Origin: a virus | Direction: 5' to 3' (one strand) | IMG/VR virus record: IMGVR_UViG_3300017917_004390 | Coordinates: 29,193 to 93,192 of that record | DNA length: 64,000 nucleotides | In this document: in pieces, positions 50,101-59,234 of the stretch | Layout of the letters: each line of letters starts with the position of its first letter | Position numbering within the stretch: position 1 is the stretch's first letter | Notes under the pieces: generated by a model | Seen by the model: only the letters and a program-made list of their open reading frames with translations | What the model was told of the DNA's origin: nothing | The model's database searches: none | Translations under genes and position numbers: made by a program

Positions 50101-50980
50101 AATTATATCCATCAGCTAAAACAGGAAATGTTAAAAATTTAGAATCAACAATTAAATTACCATCATCATCCAACTCAGAAACTTTAAATTCTGCTGTATA
50201 TATTGGTGATGTATTTTTATTTAGAAGATAAGCAGCTAAATCACTTAAACCTTTATAAAATAAATTAAACTCAGAATCACTAGGTCTAATTAAAAAATCA
50301 ACTGATAATGTTGAAGATGTAATACCTTCAAATAACTCACCTTCAACATCAAAATTTAAGAAACTAGGGTTTGAAGCTGTAACCCCTGTGAAATTAACTA
50401 AGTTATATGTTCTTCCACTAAGAAAAACTTGATATTTATTATAAGATGATACTAAATTATTTAATGTATCAGAAGTAATAGTACTATTAAAATTTAAATT
50501 AAATGGATTGGTTATATAACCAATAAAAATTTTAAATGAACTAACATTTTTATTTTCATTATAAGAGTAATCAGTTATATTAAAATATTTTGTTGAATCA
50601 ATATAAGAGTTTACAGACAAACCACCAGGAAATTTAGTTAATATTTCGTTTAATGAATAACGAACTTTTTCTCTTAATGAACCATAAGAACTATAATTTT
50701 CAAGATTTGATTTATCATAATTTAATTTTAATTTTTCATTAACATCAAAAGTTTCTAATGACTCAAAACTATTAATTTTATAATTTGAGACTGATACATT
50801 CTTTTTAGTTGTAATGAGTTTTTGCGTGTTTATTTGTAAACTTGTAGGTGAAGTATTTTTTGATATTTTGATACTACCACCATTGAATATATCACCGAAA
50901 TTATCATTAAAAAATGATAAAGACGTTTCATCTTTTACATTAGTAGGTGTAAAATTTCTATATTTGATTTTAGTTGCCAA
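47123..50980 (-). CDS. Large baseplate wedge/tail protein
   Basis: 1285 aa, TTG start; LWRRILIN...LKSKGTRKAIE motif of baseplate proteins; repeated V.VNGV.L small beta domains. Confidence 0.65.
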   Translation of the reverse strand: MATKIKYRNFTPTNVKDETSLSFFNDNFGDIFNGGSIKISKNTSPTSLQINTQKLITTKKNVSVSNYKINSFESLETFDVNEKLKLNYDKSNLENYSSYGSLREKVRYSLNEILTKFPGGLSVNSYIDSTKYFNITDYSYNENKNVSSFKIFIGYITNPFNLNFNSTITSDTLNNLVSSYNKYQVFLSGRTYNLVNFTGVTASNPSFLNFDVEGELFEGITSSTLSVDFLIRPSDSEFNLFYKGLSDLAAYLLNKNTSPIYTAEFKVSELDDDGNLIVDSKFLTFPVLADGYNLDVITNRYNLYIDELFDACDNYDTIKSDLILRKLIPKSILDFDRTSNNKIEKVLRIYGNEIDEVNKFIDSVSYINRLSYDKIDNVPDLLVKNLGNTLGWETFSIVDENDLFESVFGDSIQSEKSISTVISDVDIELWRRILINSFWFLKSKGTRKAIETIFKFIGAPDCLINFNEYIYTVEGKIDLNSINISELKLKYKDLPFDSEGYPKAPSENTDLYFQSKGNTDGGQTYIDIYRKLGFNVNKTIDNKKSWVYTLSTQTRTDISKNTNYTVNSSKLVLNTKEISLSFDIAKAIECDVYNFNKVYDFPVSYSGRALPYPNVKLDITGLTFAQYVDSVYKNFIDVKNRKVIKSEIGIQYPTLGKLYYDYLNAIDIIGIDSNKRTFRQILDYIDKIDIVWSKFIDQLIPATTIIGETGGLIRNTVFGRQKFAYKHGIDDGSEFTKKQLDELRSNNALCVVSSETYKTIESEVSMVSMSSSLTANTDNTVFSLIYNNVNIKPKYSSNSFVFETPKFNVSGATKIDLSSLTNGSKYIFNTNTAHTLSFIFTSNTEFLSSTTNTFNYELFKYDNTITGFNKNVLYSGLNLNLSGYVDNKITDLISNNILESDSEYIIKPYFNFYSPLPSSNTFNINTAYTYYDDFKLNRYISYSSSTFYKNNNTYTGLNLTTKSNLNNLNTDFGIYEKNKDYYFLSFSNPEKPLLNFPLAQSGNTNLIVESFIIPNSGFTGFTLTNQPLGDIMVAVNGVTLLKDIEWSKDNTVQIPSLRDKSYYLYNSLTNLYGDVLTVTYLTANRSIGTSFINETIVYSTGSTKIIYNTATTRYDIHLDNTIDVNNDIVLSLNGVILANGSDYTISVYNNAISVLNFTLVDGDVINIYYTKTNDYLENSLIEVNSNPYTINWFTNQQIKPNINGYFEHQFYDNQYYTGTTIYSARTNYNYNTNSFNETFDWTNTTLIPGNTYYYQLLSHKEYITINEIIVTGETYSNKYRLKIPL

Positions 50981-51025
50981 TCTACTTTTTTTAATAAATA
51001 GAAAGAAACTATTTATTAAAAAGCT

Positions 51026-53605
51026 ATGTCGTCAGTAAATAAAATAAAAATAAATCGACAAAATCAATCTAAACGAATTACTTTTAATAATAAACAAACG
51101 TATCTTAACGTTAAATTAGATAATACAATTGAGTCTTTAGATGTATTATCTTTAAAGCTTTTTCAAAAAGATTTATATAAATATTATGATAGTAATTATG
51201 GTATTATAGTTGGTAGAGTAGTAGCAAATGGTGGTACTGGTGTTCCTAATTGTAGAATTAGTGTTTTTATACCTGTGGAAGAAAATAATTTAACAGAAAT
51301 TAAAACATTAGAAGACCTTAAAGTTATACAAAGTCAAAAAATATATCCATTTAAAACTCCTACTGATGTAGATTCTGAGGGTAAGATATATAATTTATTA
51401 CCTAAATTTTCAAGAAATCGTTATTTTAATAATTTTCCTGATAATGAATATGGTATTGGTGCTACACCTAAAACACCTGTTGGTTCATTCAATGAACAAG
51501 AACAAATAGTTTCAAATGAAACATTACTTGAAGTTTATCAGAAATATTTTAAATATAGTACATTAACCAATGAAAGTGGTGATTATATTTTAATTGTACC
51601 ATCAAATACTGAACATCAAATTATTATGAATTGTGATATTACAGATATAGGTAAATATTCTATGTCAGTGTCACAATTAAAAACACAAGGCGCATCACCA
51701 TCTTTTTTTGATGAAAATGGTACTTTAATTATTCCAAGCAATGATATAACTAAACTACCTAATATTGATATACAAACAACAAATTTATTTGTTAAACCTT
51801 TGTGGACACAGGATACCGATAAAACTGATTATGTTGGTATTAATAGATTAGATTTTAATATAAGTAAAAGAATAACACCATATTCAACCATAGTTGGAAA
51901 CCATATAACACCTAAAAAAAATAGCTGGTGGGGAGATACTATCATATTTAGATTATTCTTTGGTATTATGAATTTTTGTCAGAATATCATTAATATCAAT
52001 GCAAATTGTATGAATCAAATTGATACTCCCGGTCTTCATTATATATTTAATATAAATTTAAATTTACCGTTAGGTATAGGTAGAGTACCAATAGTAAATA
52101 AAGGTACTTTAGTAGCTACGTCAATATGTACTGAAGAACCCCTTTTTAGAATAGGTATAAAACTAATAATTAAAAATATTTTACCATTTTTTAATGTTAT
52201 TTTATTTAGGAATAGATATTGCACTTTAAAAGGTGGTAAAGGTAATTATAATGCTTTTGATGTTGTTTATCTAGGTAAAACTGGTACTTGTGATAGAAAT
52301 AAAGCTTTAATGTCCTTAGGTGAATTATCCGATGATTTATTTATTAATTCACATACTACAAATGAACTTGATATGAAAGTCTTTAGTTTATCAAATCAAA
52401 TACCTGATGTTGATGCTGATAGGTTAAATAATGATTTGGTAAATGATACTGATGAAATTTATCAAAATTACGATTATACTACTGACATTAATCTTTTACC
52501 TGATAGTAGATATACTTTATTACAAGAGAATGGGCAATTTATTCTGATATTACCTTGTAATAGAAAAAAAGTAATAACAAATGAATTTGGTCGAGAAGTT
52601 GAAGTACCATTTGATAATCCAAATGGAATTTTCACTGAATTTAGAGGTTATTTATATATTAAAAATAATCAAGAACCTGATAATCCTGCATATAATAAAT
52701 TAACATCAAATATTAGGTTAAAAATACCTCAATTGATAGATTATTCTACTTCTAATATAAAATGGATTTGGAAACACTATAAATTTGAATTAAATAAAAT
52801 ATATAGTGTAGCTCAATTAATAAATGTTAAAAATCCTACCTTTACAAAAATAGATGAATCTACTGATGATGATGGTATTGACCCTACATCTGATTTAGGC
52901 TCAACTGTTAGTATCGCAGGTGAATTAATAGAAGGTCCAACTTTAAAAGGTTATGATGAACAAACTGGTATTTTATTTACTGGTATATTCGAAGATGATA
53001 ATCCTGAAATACCTTATATTAGAAATGCTAATACAGATAATAATTATACTGATTTTTACAATCATATAACATTTTTAGGCGATGACTTAAAAGATGAAAT
53101 TAATCTTGAATCTTTAATTGATGAAATACCACAGCAACCACCTGTATTACCTCCACCACCACCTGATTATTCATTGAAAAAAATAGATACTTATTTATAT
53201 TCTGAGACTACATTAGGTACTAACACAACAACTTATTTTGATTTAAATGATTATACATTAGGTTTATTTAATATTAAAGCTAAGGTAAGTTTAGGTTTTG
53301 ACTATTATTATCCACCTAATAACTGGAATTTTACTTTAATTGCTAATGATAGTATGTTACCTTATATAAATACTATTGTTTCTGATGGTGTAATGGCTAG
53401 TTTAAATGATTTAACTCCTTATGAAGAAATACTTCATAATGAAGATAAATATAAAGCTTTTACACTTAATTTTGATACTATATTTATTGATTTAATTCGT
53501 TTAGTACCAGAAATAGCTGGCACTACACAAGAAATAAAAATAAAAGTTGTCAATACTATTGATAGTTCTAAAATAAGAGAAGATATTATAACTATGAAAT
53601 TTTAA
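51026..53605 (+). CDS. Virion structural protein
   Basis: 859 aa; GIIVGRVVANGGTGVPNCRISVF...TNESGDY transthyretin-like beta-sandwich pattern. Confidence 0.55.
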   Translation: MSSVNKIKINRQNQSKRITFNNKQTYLNVKLDNTIESLDVLSLKLFQKDLYKYYDSNYGIIVGRVVANGGTGVPNCRISVFIPVEENNLTEIKTLEDLKVIQSQKIYPFKTPTDVDSEGKIYNLLPKFSRNRYFNNFPDNEYGIGATPKTPVGSFNEQEQIVSNETLLEVYQKYFKYSTLTNESGDYILIVPSNTEHQIIMNCDITDIGKYSMSVSQLKTQGASPSFFDENGTLIIPSNDITKLPNIDIQTTNLFVKPLWTQDTDKTDYVGINRLDFNISKRITPYSTIVGNHITPKKNSWWGDTIIFRLFFGIMNFCQNIININANCMNQIDTPGLHYIFNINLNLPLGIGRVPIVNKGTLVATSICTEEPLFRIGIKLIIKNILPFFNVILFRNRYCTLKGGKGNYNAFDVVYLGKTGTCDRNKALMSLGELSDDLFINSHTTNELDMKVFSLSNQIPDVDADRLNNDLVNDTDEIYQNYDYTTDINLLPDSRYTLLQENGQFILILPCNRKKVITNEFGREVEVPFDNPNGIFTEFRGYLYIKNNQEPDNPAYNKLTSNIRLKIPQLIDYSTSNIKWIWKHYKFELNKIYSVAQLINVKNPTFTKIDESTDDDGIDPTSDLGSTVSIAGELIEGPTLKGYDEQTGILFTGIFEDDNPEIPYIRNANTDNNYTDFYNHITFLGDDLKDEINLESLIDEIPQQPPVLPPPPPDYSLKKIDTYLYSETTLGTNTTTYFDLNDYTLGLFNIKAKVSLGFDYYYPPNNWNFTLIANDSMLPYINTIVSDGVMASLNDLTPYEEILHNEDKYKAFTLNFDTIFIDLIRLVPEIAGTTQEIKIKVVNTIDSSKIREDIITMKF

Positions 53606-53606
53606 A

Positions 53607-54083
53607 ATGGGAAAAGTAAAAGCTTATGCAATTAAAAATCAATGGATAAACCTTAGTTTATACTTTCTAAATTTTATGTATGTTCTTAAAAATAAAGATA
53701 CAAATAATAGAGTATGTGAACATTTAGTTAAAAAAACTAGATTAAGAGATAATAATAATCCTATTGGTGGTAAAGTTAAGAATAACGTATTTTTAGCTAA
53801 TGGAGATAATATTAAAACTGATTTCATAGAAATTAACAAAAATGATTTATTAGTTCTATTTGAAGAACAAAAATTAGGATTTGTTAAAGAAAAACTTAGT
53901 TTAAATGGGTCATATAAAAGGCAAAATAATCCCGGTGAACCGATAAAAAATGTAACTAATCAAGAAAGAGAAAATAATGACCCTGCTATTCAAAATTGGA
54001 ATAATTCAAACTGGTTTTATTTCTTAAAAGGACTAAATACAAAAGATATCATAAGATTTTTAGTAAACTCTAAAATTATATAA
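53607..54083 (+). CDS. Hypothetical protein
   Basis: 158 aa ORF. Confidence 0.6.
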   Translation: MGKVKAYAIKNQWINLSLYFLNFMYVLKNKDTNNRVCEHLVKKTRLRDNNNPIGGKVKNNVFLANGDNIKTDFIEINKNDLLVLFEEQKLGFVKEKLSLNGSYKRQNNPGEPIKNVTNQERENNDPAIQNWNNSNWFYFLKGLNTKDIIRFLVNSKII

Positions 54084-55453
54084 TGGAATACAAAAACGTT
54101 TTACCTAGTAAAAAATATATTAACGCACCTAACCAAAATCAGTATTTAAATCTGAATTTAAATGGTACGTCTAAACAATTTGACGATTTAGATAAAACTA
54201 TTCTTGTATCAGCTTTTGATATTTTTAAAAATGAGATAAATTCTACTAATAACTATAAATTGTATTTTACATTACAGTATAATAATATTTTATTAGGTAA
54301 AAATAAAACTATTAATAAAATTAGTGATATATTTACTCAGGTTAATAATAATAGAAAAACATTCTATGATGATTTTGATATCTTTGTATGTTATCTTAAT
54401 AAATTAATAAATGTTAAAGATAATATATATCAACAATATTTTAGTAAATTAACAAAAATTAGTGATATTAAAACTAACAACTTTTCTTTTAATAAAGATA
54501 TTTTTAATAATGAAACATATTCTATAACTATCAATAAAACATTTAATATTGAAAATCTTAACACTAAAATTATACAGATTGATGATGATTATAATGAATT
54601 AATTGAAACCGAAATACCTATTAGTAGTTTATACATATTTTTTCAACCAAAAAAATCTGTTAAATTATTGAATCCTAATAGTTTTGAAAAAGTTATTTTA
54701 CATCCAGACACTACATTTGGTTATAATAATGAAGAAATACCTGATAATATTTTACAAGCTTTAAAACCAAATGATTTTACTTTGGAATCTTTTAGAATAT
54801 ATTTTATTGAACAAATAAAGTTATTTTGTAGTATATTTAATATAAATCCTACATTAAATAATTTGTATATAAATAAAATTCTTTTATTAGATTATTTAAA
54901 TTTGATAAATCAACCTTTATTAGAAACACCTGATTTTACGGATATTAAAGGTGATTTTATTGAAATTGATAAATCAAATTTCTTATTTAATAAAGTATCG
55001 AGTATTAATTATATTTATGATATTAATTTAATTGATACTTATATTGGTGATAATATTAATAATTATATTGCACTTAATTATAATAAGTATAATTATACAT
55101 TAAACAGTAATAATATTACAATACCATTTACTTTTAAGTTTAACCCTTTTATAGAAATACCTTTAAAAAAATATAGTGATGGGGTTGTAATAAATAATAA
55201 TTATGGATTTCTAATCGAAGGTAATACAATAAGTAGAAGTTTTATTAATAATTCAGATAATGAGGCTTTTGATTTTCCTTATATAAATGATGTACTTTAT
55301 GTTTATGAAAATCTAATATTAAACGTTAATTATTATCTTAATAATATCAATAATAATGTTTTAATTAATGATTTGAAAACATTTATAGATATAAATCAAT
55401 TTAAACTAGATAAAGCTAAACAAATAAGTAATTTAAAGACTAGATTATGTTAA
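54083..55453 (+). CDS. Hypothetical (likely virion) protein
   Basis: 456 aa Asn-rich ORF. Confidence 0.6.
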   Translation: MEYKNVLPSKKYINAPNQNQYLNLNLNGTSKQFDDLDKTILVSAFDIFKNEINSTNNYKLYFTLQYNNILLGKNKTINKISDIFTQVNNNRKTFYDDFDIFVCYLNKLINVKDNIYQQYFSKLTKISDIKTNNFSFNKDIFNNETYSITINKTFNIENLNTKIIQIDDDYNELIETEIPISSLYIFFQPKKSVKLLNPNSFEKVILHPDTTFGYNNEEIPDNILQALKPNDFTLESFRIYFIEQIKLFCSIFNINPTLNNLYINKILLLDYLNLINQPLLETPDFTDIKGDFIEIDKSNFLFNKVSSINYIYDINLIDTYIGDNINNYIALNYNKYNYTLNSNNITIPFTFKFNPFIEIPLKKYSDGVVINNNYGFLIEGNTISRSFINNSDNEAFDFPYINDVLYVYENLILNVNYYLNNINNNVLINDLKTFIDINQFKLDKAKQISNLKTRLC

Positions 55454-56172
55454 GAATACAAAAAGATTTACCTTTTGATATCAAATTTAATTTGTTAATT
55501 AATAATACAACTAATAATGATTTACAATCAGATATAAATCGTATTATAGATGAAGAAATTGAAAAAAATATCATAAAATCTGAAAATGAAGAAAAAAAAC
55601 TTTATACACCGAAAAATGATTTTATACTATCTTTAGTTTCATATATAGGTACAACAGCCAACCCATTATTATTAACTAAATTTACGGTTGATGAACTTAA
55701 TAATTATGATAAAGTTCTTAATGATAGTGTTTTAATTTTGAAAATATATGATGATGTTATAAGTGAAAAACAAATATTTTTTAGTGGTTCATATATTAAA
55801 GCTGGTTTAATGTATAATATTTATAATGGAGCGTTAGAATTCAAAAATGCACCAAATAATAAATTTCATGAGTGTATTTATATTCCTGAAATATATGAAA
55901 AAAATTATGTATATTTGAAAGTGGAGTTTTTTAATAGTAAAACTGGTTTAATTAGTAATTTTACTAAAAATTTACAATCTACATCAGTAGATGACCTTTA
56001 TATTAAAGTAAATTTAGATAATGAAACATCCACATGGTTTATTGATGATACTATAGTATATGAAATTCAATCTACATTAATAAATCAAATAAATAATAAT
56101 AAAGTTTTACCTGAATTTAAAGGTAGAGATTTTATTAACAAAATTATAACAAATAAAGGAAGTCTAATATGA
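55447..56172 (+). CDS. Hypothetical protein
   Basis: 241 aa ORF. Confidence 0.6.
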   Translation: MLRIQKDLPFDIKFNLLINNTTNNDLQSDINRIIDEEIEKNIIKSENEEKKLYTPKNDFILSLVSYIGTTANPLLLTKFTVDELNNYDKVLNDSVLILKIYDDVISEKQIFFSGSYIKAGLMYNIYNGALEFKNAPNNKFHECIYIPEIYEKNYVYLKVEFFNSKTGLISNFTKNLQSTSVDDLYIKVNLDNETSTWFIDDTIVYEIQSTLINQINNNKVLPEFKGRDFINKIITNKGSLI

Positions 56173-56375
56173 CGTATTTTTTAAATAATTTATTTAATTC
56201 AATCCCTGTATATGTTTTAGTATTGTCTATAATTTTGACAATCTATTATGGATTTATTATAGTGATAACTTTACTAGCATCAGAGAAAATAACATCAACA
56301 ATGGAAAAATATGATGCTATAACATTATTACTTAGTATATCATATATAATAACGTATATTATTAAAAGTTTTTAA
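56169..56375 (+). CDS. Small membrane protein
   Basis: 68 aa with two hydrophobic helices. Confidence 0.55.
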   Translation: MTYFLNNLFNSIPVYVLVLSIILTIYYGFIIVITLLASEKITSTMEKYDAITLLLSISYIITYIIKSF

Positions 56376-56377
56376 AT

Positions 56378-56830
56378 ATGACAAATTTATTTGATAAAAA
56401 ATATAAAGAAAATTTAGTTAATATTGATATTATTAATGAAACTGTAGCTGAGGTTTTATTACAATTTAGAGACAGTTGGAACGTAGAGACTATCATACCT
56501 AAACAAAATGAATTTATTAAAATTGAACTCGTAAGTTATAGAAGTGATATTTCATTCAATATTTATAAATTAACAATCAATACTGAAAAATTTCAACATA
56601 AAATCATAACTGATGTTATTGACTCAGTAATTGAATTAAATAAAGCTAGTGAAGAACTTTACAAAAAACATAGACTTGAAGTTGAGGAAAAAGAAAAAAT
56701 GTTTAAAGAACAAACAAATCAATTAGTTCAACAAACAAAAATAGAATTAGATTTTGATGATATCCAACAAGTTAGAGTCTCTGATATTACTGACGAAGAA
56801 AAGGAAAAAATTAGTGATAAATTTAAATAA
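56378..56830 (+). CDS. Hypothetical protein
   Basis: 150 aa ORF. Confidence 0.6.
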   Translation: MTNLFDKKYKENLVNIDIINETVAEVLLQFRDSWNVETIIPKQNEFIKIELVSYRSDISFNIYKLTINTEKFQHKIITDVIDSVIELNKASEELYKKHRLEVEEKEKMFKEQTNQLVQQTKIELDFDDIQQVRVSDITDEEKEKISDKFK

Positions 56831-56854
56831 TTTGCTATTTACTAAAAAATAGCA

Positions 56855-57973
56855 ATGATTTTTAAAGAGCCGTCTGAAAAAGAAAAATTATTTAATCAAA
56901 TAAGAACTTATATTGGTGAACCTGCTACCGATTATAGTAAAGTAGTAACTGATAAAATATTAGAAACTAACACCGAATTAGCTGTTGATAATTATATTAC
57001 TATGCTAGATACATGGTTAATTAGTCAACAATGGGGTCAATTACAGAATCAAAGTATTGAAAGTACTAACTTTATTGAAGCTTTTACTACTAGGACATTA
57101 GATTATGAAAAAATATTCTTTAATGCTTATATGAAGCAAGTTGCTTCGTCATATTCAGCACCTTGGGAGTTAAAAAAAGATTTTATTGAAATAAGTGCTA
57201 ACACTCAGGTTTATATGATACCTTCTGGTAGAGAAATTAATGAAGTTCTTTGGTATACACCAGCACAAATATCACCTAGCATTATTGACCCTATTGGTAG
57301 TAATGGATGGTTTAGTAGTGCTAATGGGTGGTTTTATGGTTCTACACCAGCAATGGCTATGTTACCATCATTTACTATGATGTTAACTAGTATGGATACT
57401 TTGCAGAAGAAAAAAATATTACAAAGTGAATTGAGTTATAGAGTTGTGGGTGGTCCTAACGGTACTAAATTATTATTTTTATATCCAATGCCGGGTTCAC
57501 CAGATGAAATAACAAGTAGATTTGGTAAACATTTTCAAGGTACTAAAGTATGGTATTTTTATTATGATACTAATAGTTTAGGTCGAGATAAATGTCTTGA
57601 AGAAAATGATGATATAATTAAATTACCTTCTGACGTACCAATTAGAGCTAAAACTTGGGATAATCTTAATAATCCATCTAAAAATAGGGTTAAAATGTTT
57701 GCAATTGCTTATACATTAAAATATTTAGCTATTGGTTGGGCAAAATTTAGCGGTGAGGTTTTTGGTCCTAATGAAAAGAAAGTGACCCTTGATTATAAAC
57801 ATTTTGATGAAGAAGCTGAAAAAATATTGACAACAAATAAAGAGGAAATTATGAAAGAATTAGAATCTTTCAGTTATAATGAACAATTAAATAAAAAGGC
57901 TGATGCTATGGATAATTTAAAACGTATTATTACTAACTCACCTGTAAACCCTAAAGCTTTTATTTATAGATAA
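56855..57973 (+). CDS. Putative neck / head-tail adaptor protein (gp13-like)
   Basis: N-terminal IRTYIGEP, C-terminal IGWAKFSG...VTLDY, size and context. Confidence 0.6.
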   Translation: MIFKEPSEKEKLFNQIRTYIGEPATDYSKVVTDKILETNTELAVDNYITMLDTWLISQQWGQLQNQSIESTNFIEAFTTRTLDYEKIFFNAYMKQVASSYSAPWELKKDFIEISANTQVYMIPSGREINEVLWYTPAQISPSIIDPIGSNGWFSSANGWFYGSTPAMAMLPSFTMMLTSMDTLQKKKILQSELSYRVVGGPNGTKLLFLYPMPGSPDEITSRFGKHFQGTKVWYFYYDTNSLGRDKCLEENDDIIKLPSDVPIRAKTWDNLNNPSKNRVKMFAIAYTLKYLAIGWAKFSGEVFGPNEKKVTLDYKHFDEEAEKILTTNKEEIMKELESFSYNEQLNKKADAMDNLKRIITNSPVNPKAFIYR

Positions 57974-58452
57974 TGAATATACATTTTAGTGATAGTGATT
58001 ATAATTATATGCAAAATTTAGCACAAGAATTTTTTGTGGATAATAATAATTTTTATATTACCCTATTTAGGGTTGATATTGTCAATACTAAAAAAGATAT
58101 CTATGGTGAAACATTTCCTGACGATAAACAATTTTTAGACCCGGTAAAAGTTAATATTATTTTAAATGTTGAAGACTCTGAAACAACTAAAATTAGTAAT
58201 TTAACAACTGAAAGTAATAAAATTGATTTTGGTGTCTTTATAAAAGAATTAGAAGATAAAAATATTAAAATATTACGTGGTGATTACTTTATTTATGATG
58301 ATAAAAATGCTAAACGATTTTATGAAATAAATAAAATTTCTAATATAAATACAAATAATTCAATTAATGGTGAAAAACCTTACTATTATAATATTAGTGG
58401 TGTTTATGTTAAAAATGATAAACTACCTAAATATCTTAAACAATATGCGTAA
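57973..58452 (+). CDS. Putative head closure / neck protein (gp14-like)
   Basis: DIYGE...LRGDYF pattern; directly follows the gp13-like gene. Confidence 0.55.
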   Translation: MNIHFSDSDYNYMQNLAQEFFVDNNNFYITLFRVDIVNTKKDIYGETFPDDKQFLDPVKVNIILNVEDSETTKISNLTTESNKIDFGVFIKELEDKNIKILRGDYFIYDDKNAKRFYEINKISNINTNNSINGEKPYYYNISGVYVKNDKLPKYLKQYA

Positions 58453-58505
58453 CTGTAATTGCTCAGAAGTAAAACCCGTTATTAAAGTAAGACCTAGAAA
58501 ATAAC

Positions 58506-58787
58506 ATGATTACAGCTGTTTTAATTGGTATAGTATCATATTATCTGGTTAAATTAATTGATTTTTCATTTAATAAAGATAATATATTAGATTTTTATTA
58601 TGTTTTTTTATTAGAAAATAAAGATAAATATCCTAAATTAACAAAAGTTTTAGGACTATGTATTAAATGTTTCGGTGTTTGGTTTACAATATTAACTTAT
58701 TTATTGTTCTATTTTAACCATGATATATTATTTGTTAATATATTGATTAGTATATCAGTTTTTTGGATGCTTATAACTTATAAATAA
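58506..58787 (+). CDS. Membrane protein with CxxC (DUF1360-like)
   Basis: LGLCIKCFGVW within hydrophobic helices. Confidence 0.5.
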   Translation: MITAVLIGIVSYYLVKLIDFSFNKDNILDFYYVFLLENKDKYPKLTKVLGLCIKCFGVWFTILTYLLFYFNHDILFVNILISISVFWMLITYK

Positions 58788-59163
58788 ATTTAGCATCACA
58801 TTCATCAACAAACATTTTAACTAAACGGCCAGAAATGGCATTAGCCGTGTCTTCTATTACTCCACCTATATTTGGTATATTACCTACTAATTCTCCCTTT
58901 TCATCTTGTTTATGATGCGTTAATTCATGTGCTATTGTTCTAAGTACATCAACAACAGCCCTATCTTCATATCTAACTGAAGTTGTATATGTTGTAGGTA
59001 AATAACCTCCAGTACTTATCCCTTCATTATTATTCTTAGGTAATAATTTAATTATACAAGGATTTTTAAGTTCTAATTTTTTAGAACAAAATACAACAAA
59101 TTTTTTGATAACATCCACAATATTATCTTCAATATTTAATGATTTATGTATTCTAAGTTTCAT
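58771..59163 (-). CDS. Putative zinc metallopeptidase-like protein (HExxH)
   Basis: RTIAHELTHHKQ...EDTANA. Probable start is MKLRI at 59163, because the track start lies within the terminator. Confidence 0.65.
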   Translation of the reverse strand: MKLRIHKSLNIEDNIVDVIKKFVVFCSKKLELKNPCIIKLLPKNNNEGISTGGYLPTTYTTSVRYEDRAVVDVLRTIAHELTHHKQDEKGELVGNIPNIGGVIEDTANAISGRLVKMFVDECDAKFIYKL

Positions 59164-59182
59164 TTTTATTATAAATAGTAAC

Positions 59183-59212
59183 AAAAAAAAGGGTGATAAA
59201 AATATCACCCTT
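59183..59212 (-). terminator. Intrinsic terminator of the major capsid gene
   Basis: aagggtgata-aaaa-tatcaccctt with a T8 tail on the minus strand. Confidence 0.85.
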
Positions 59213-59234
59213 AAATTTACCTAGATTACGCCTA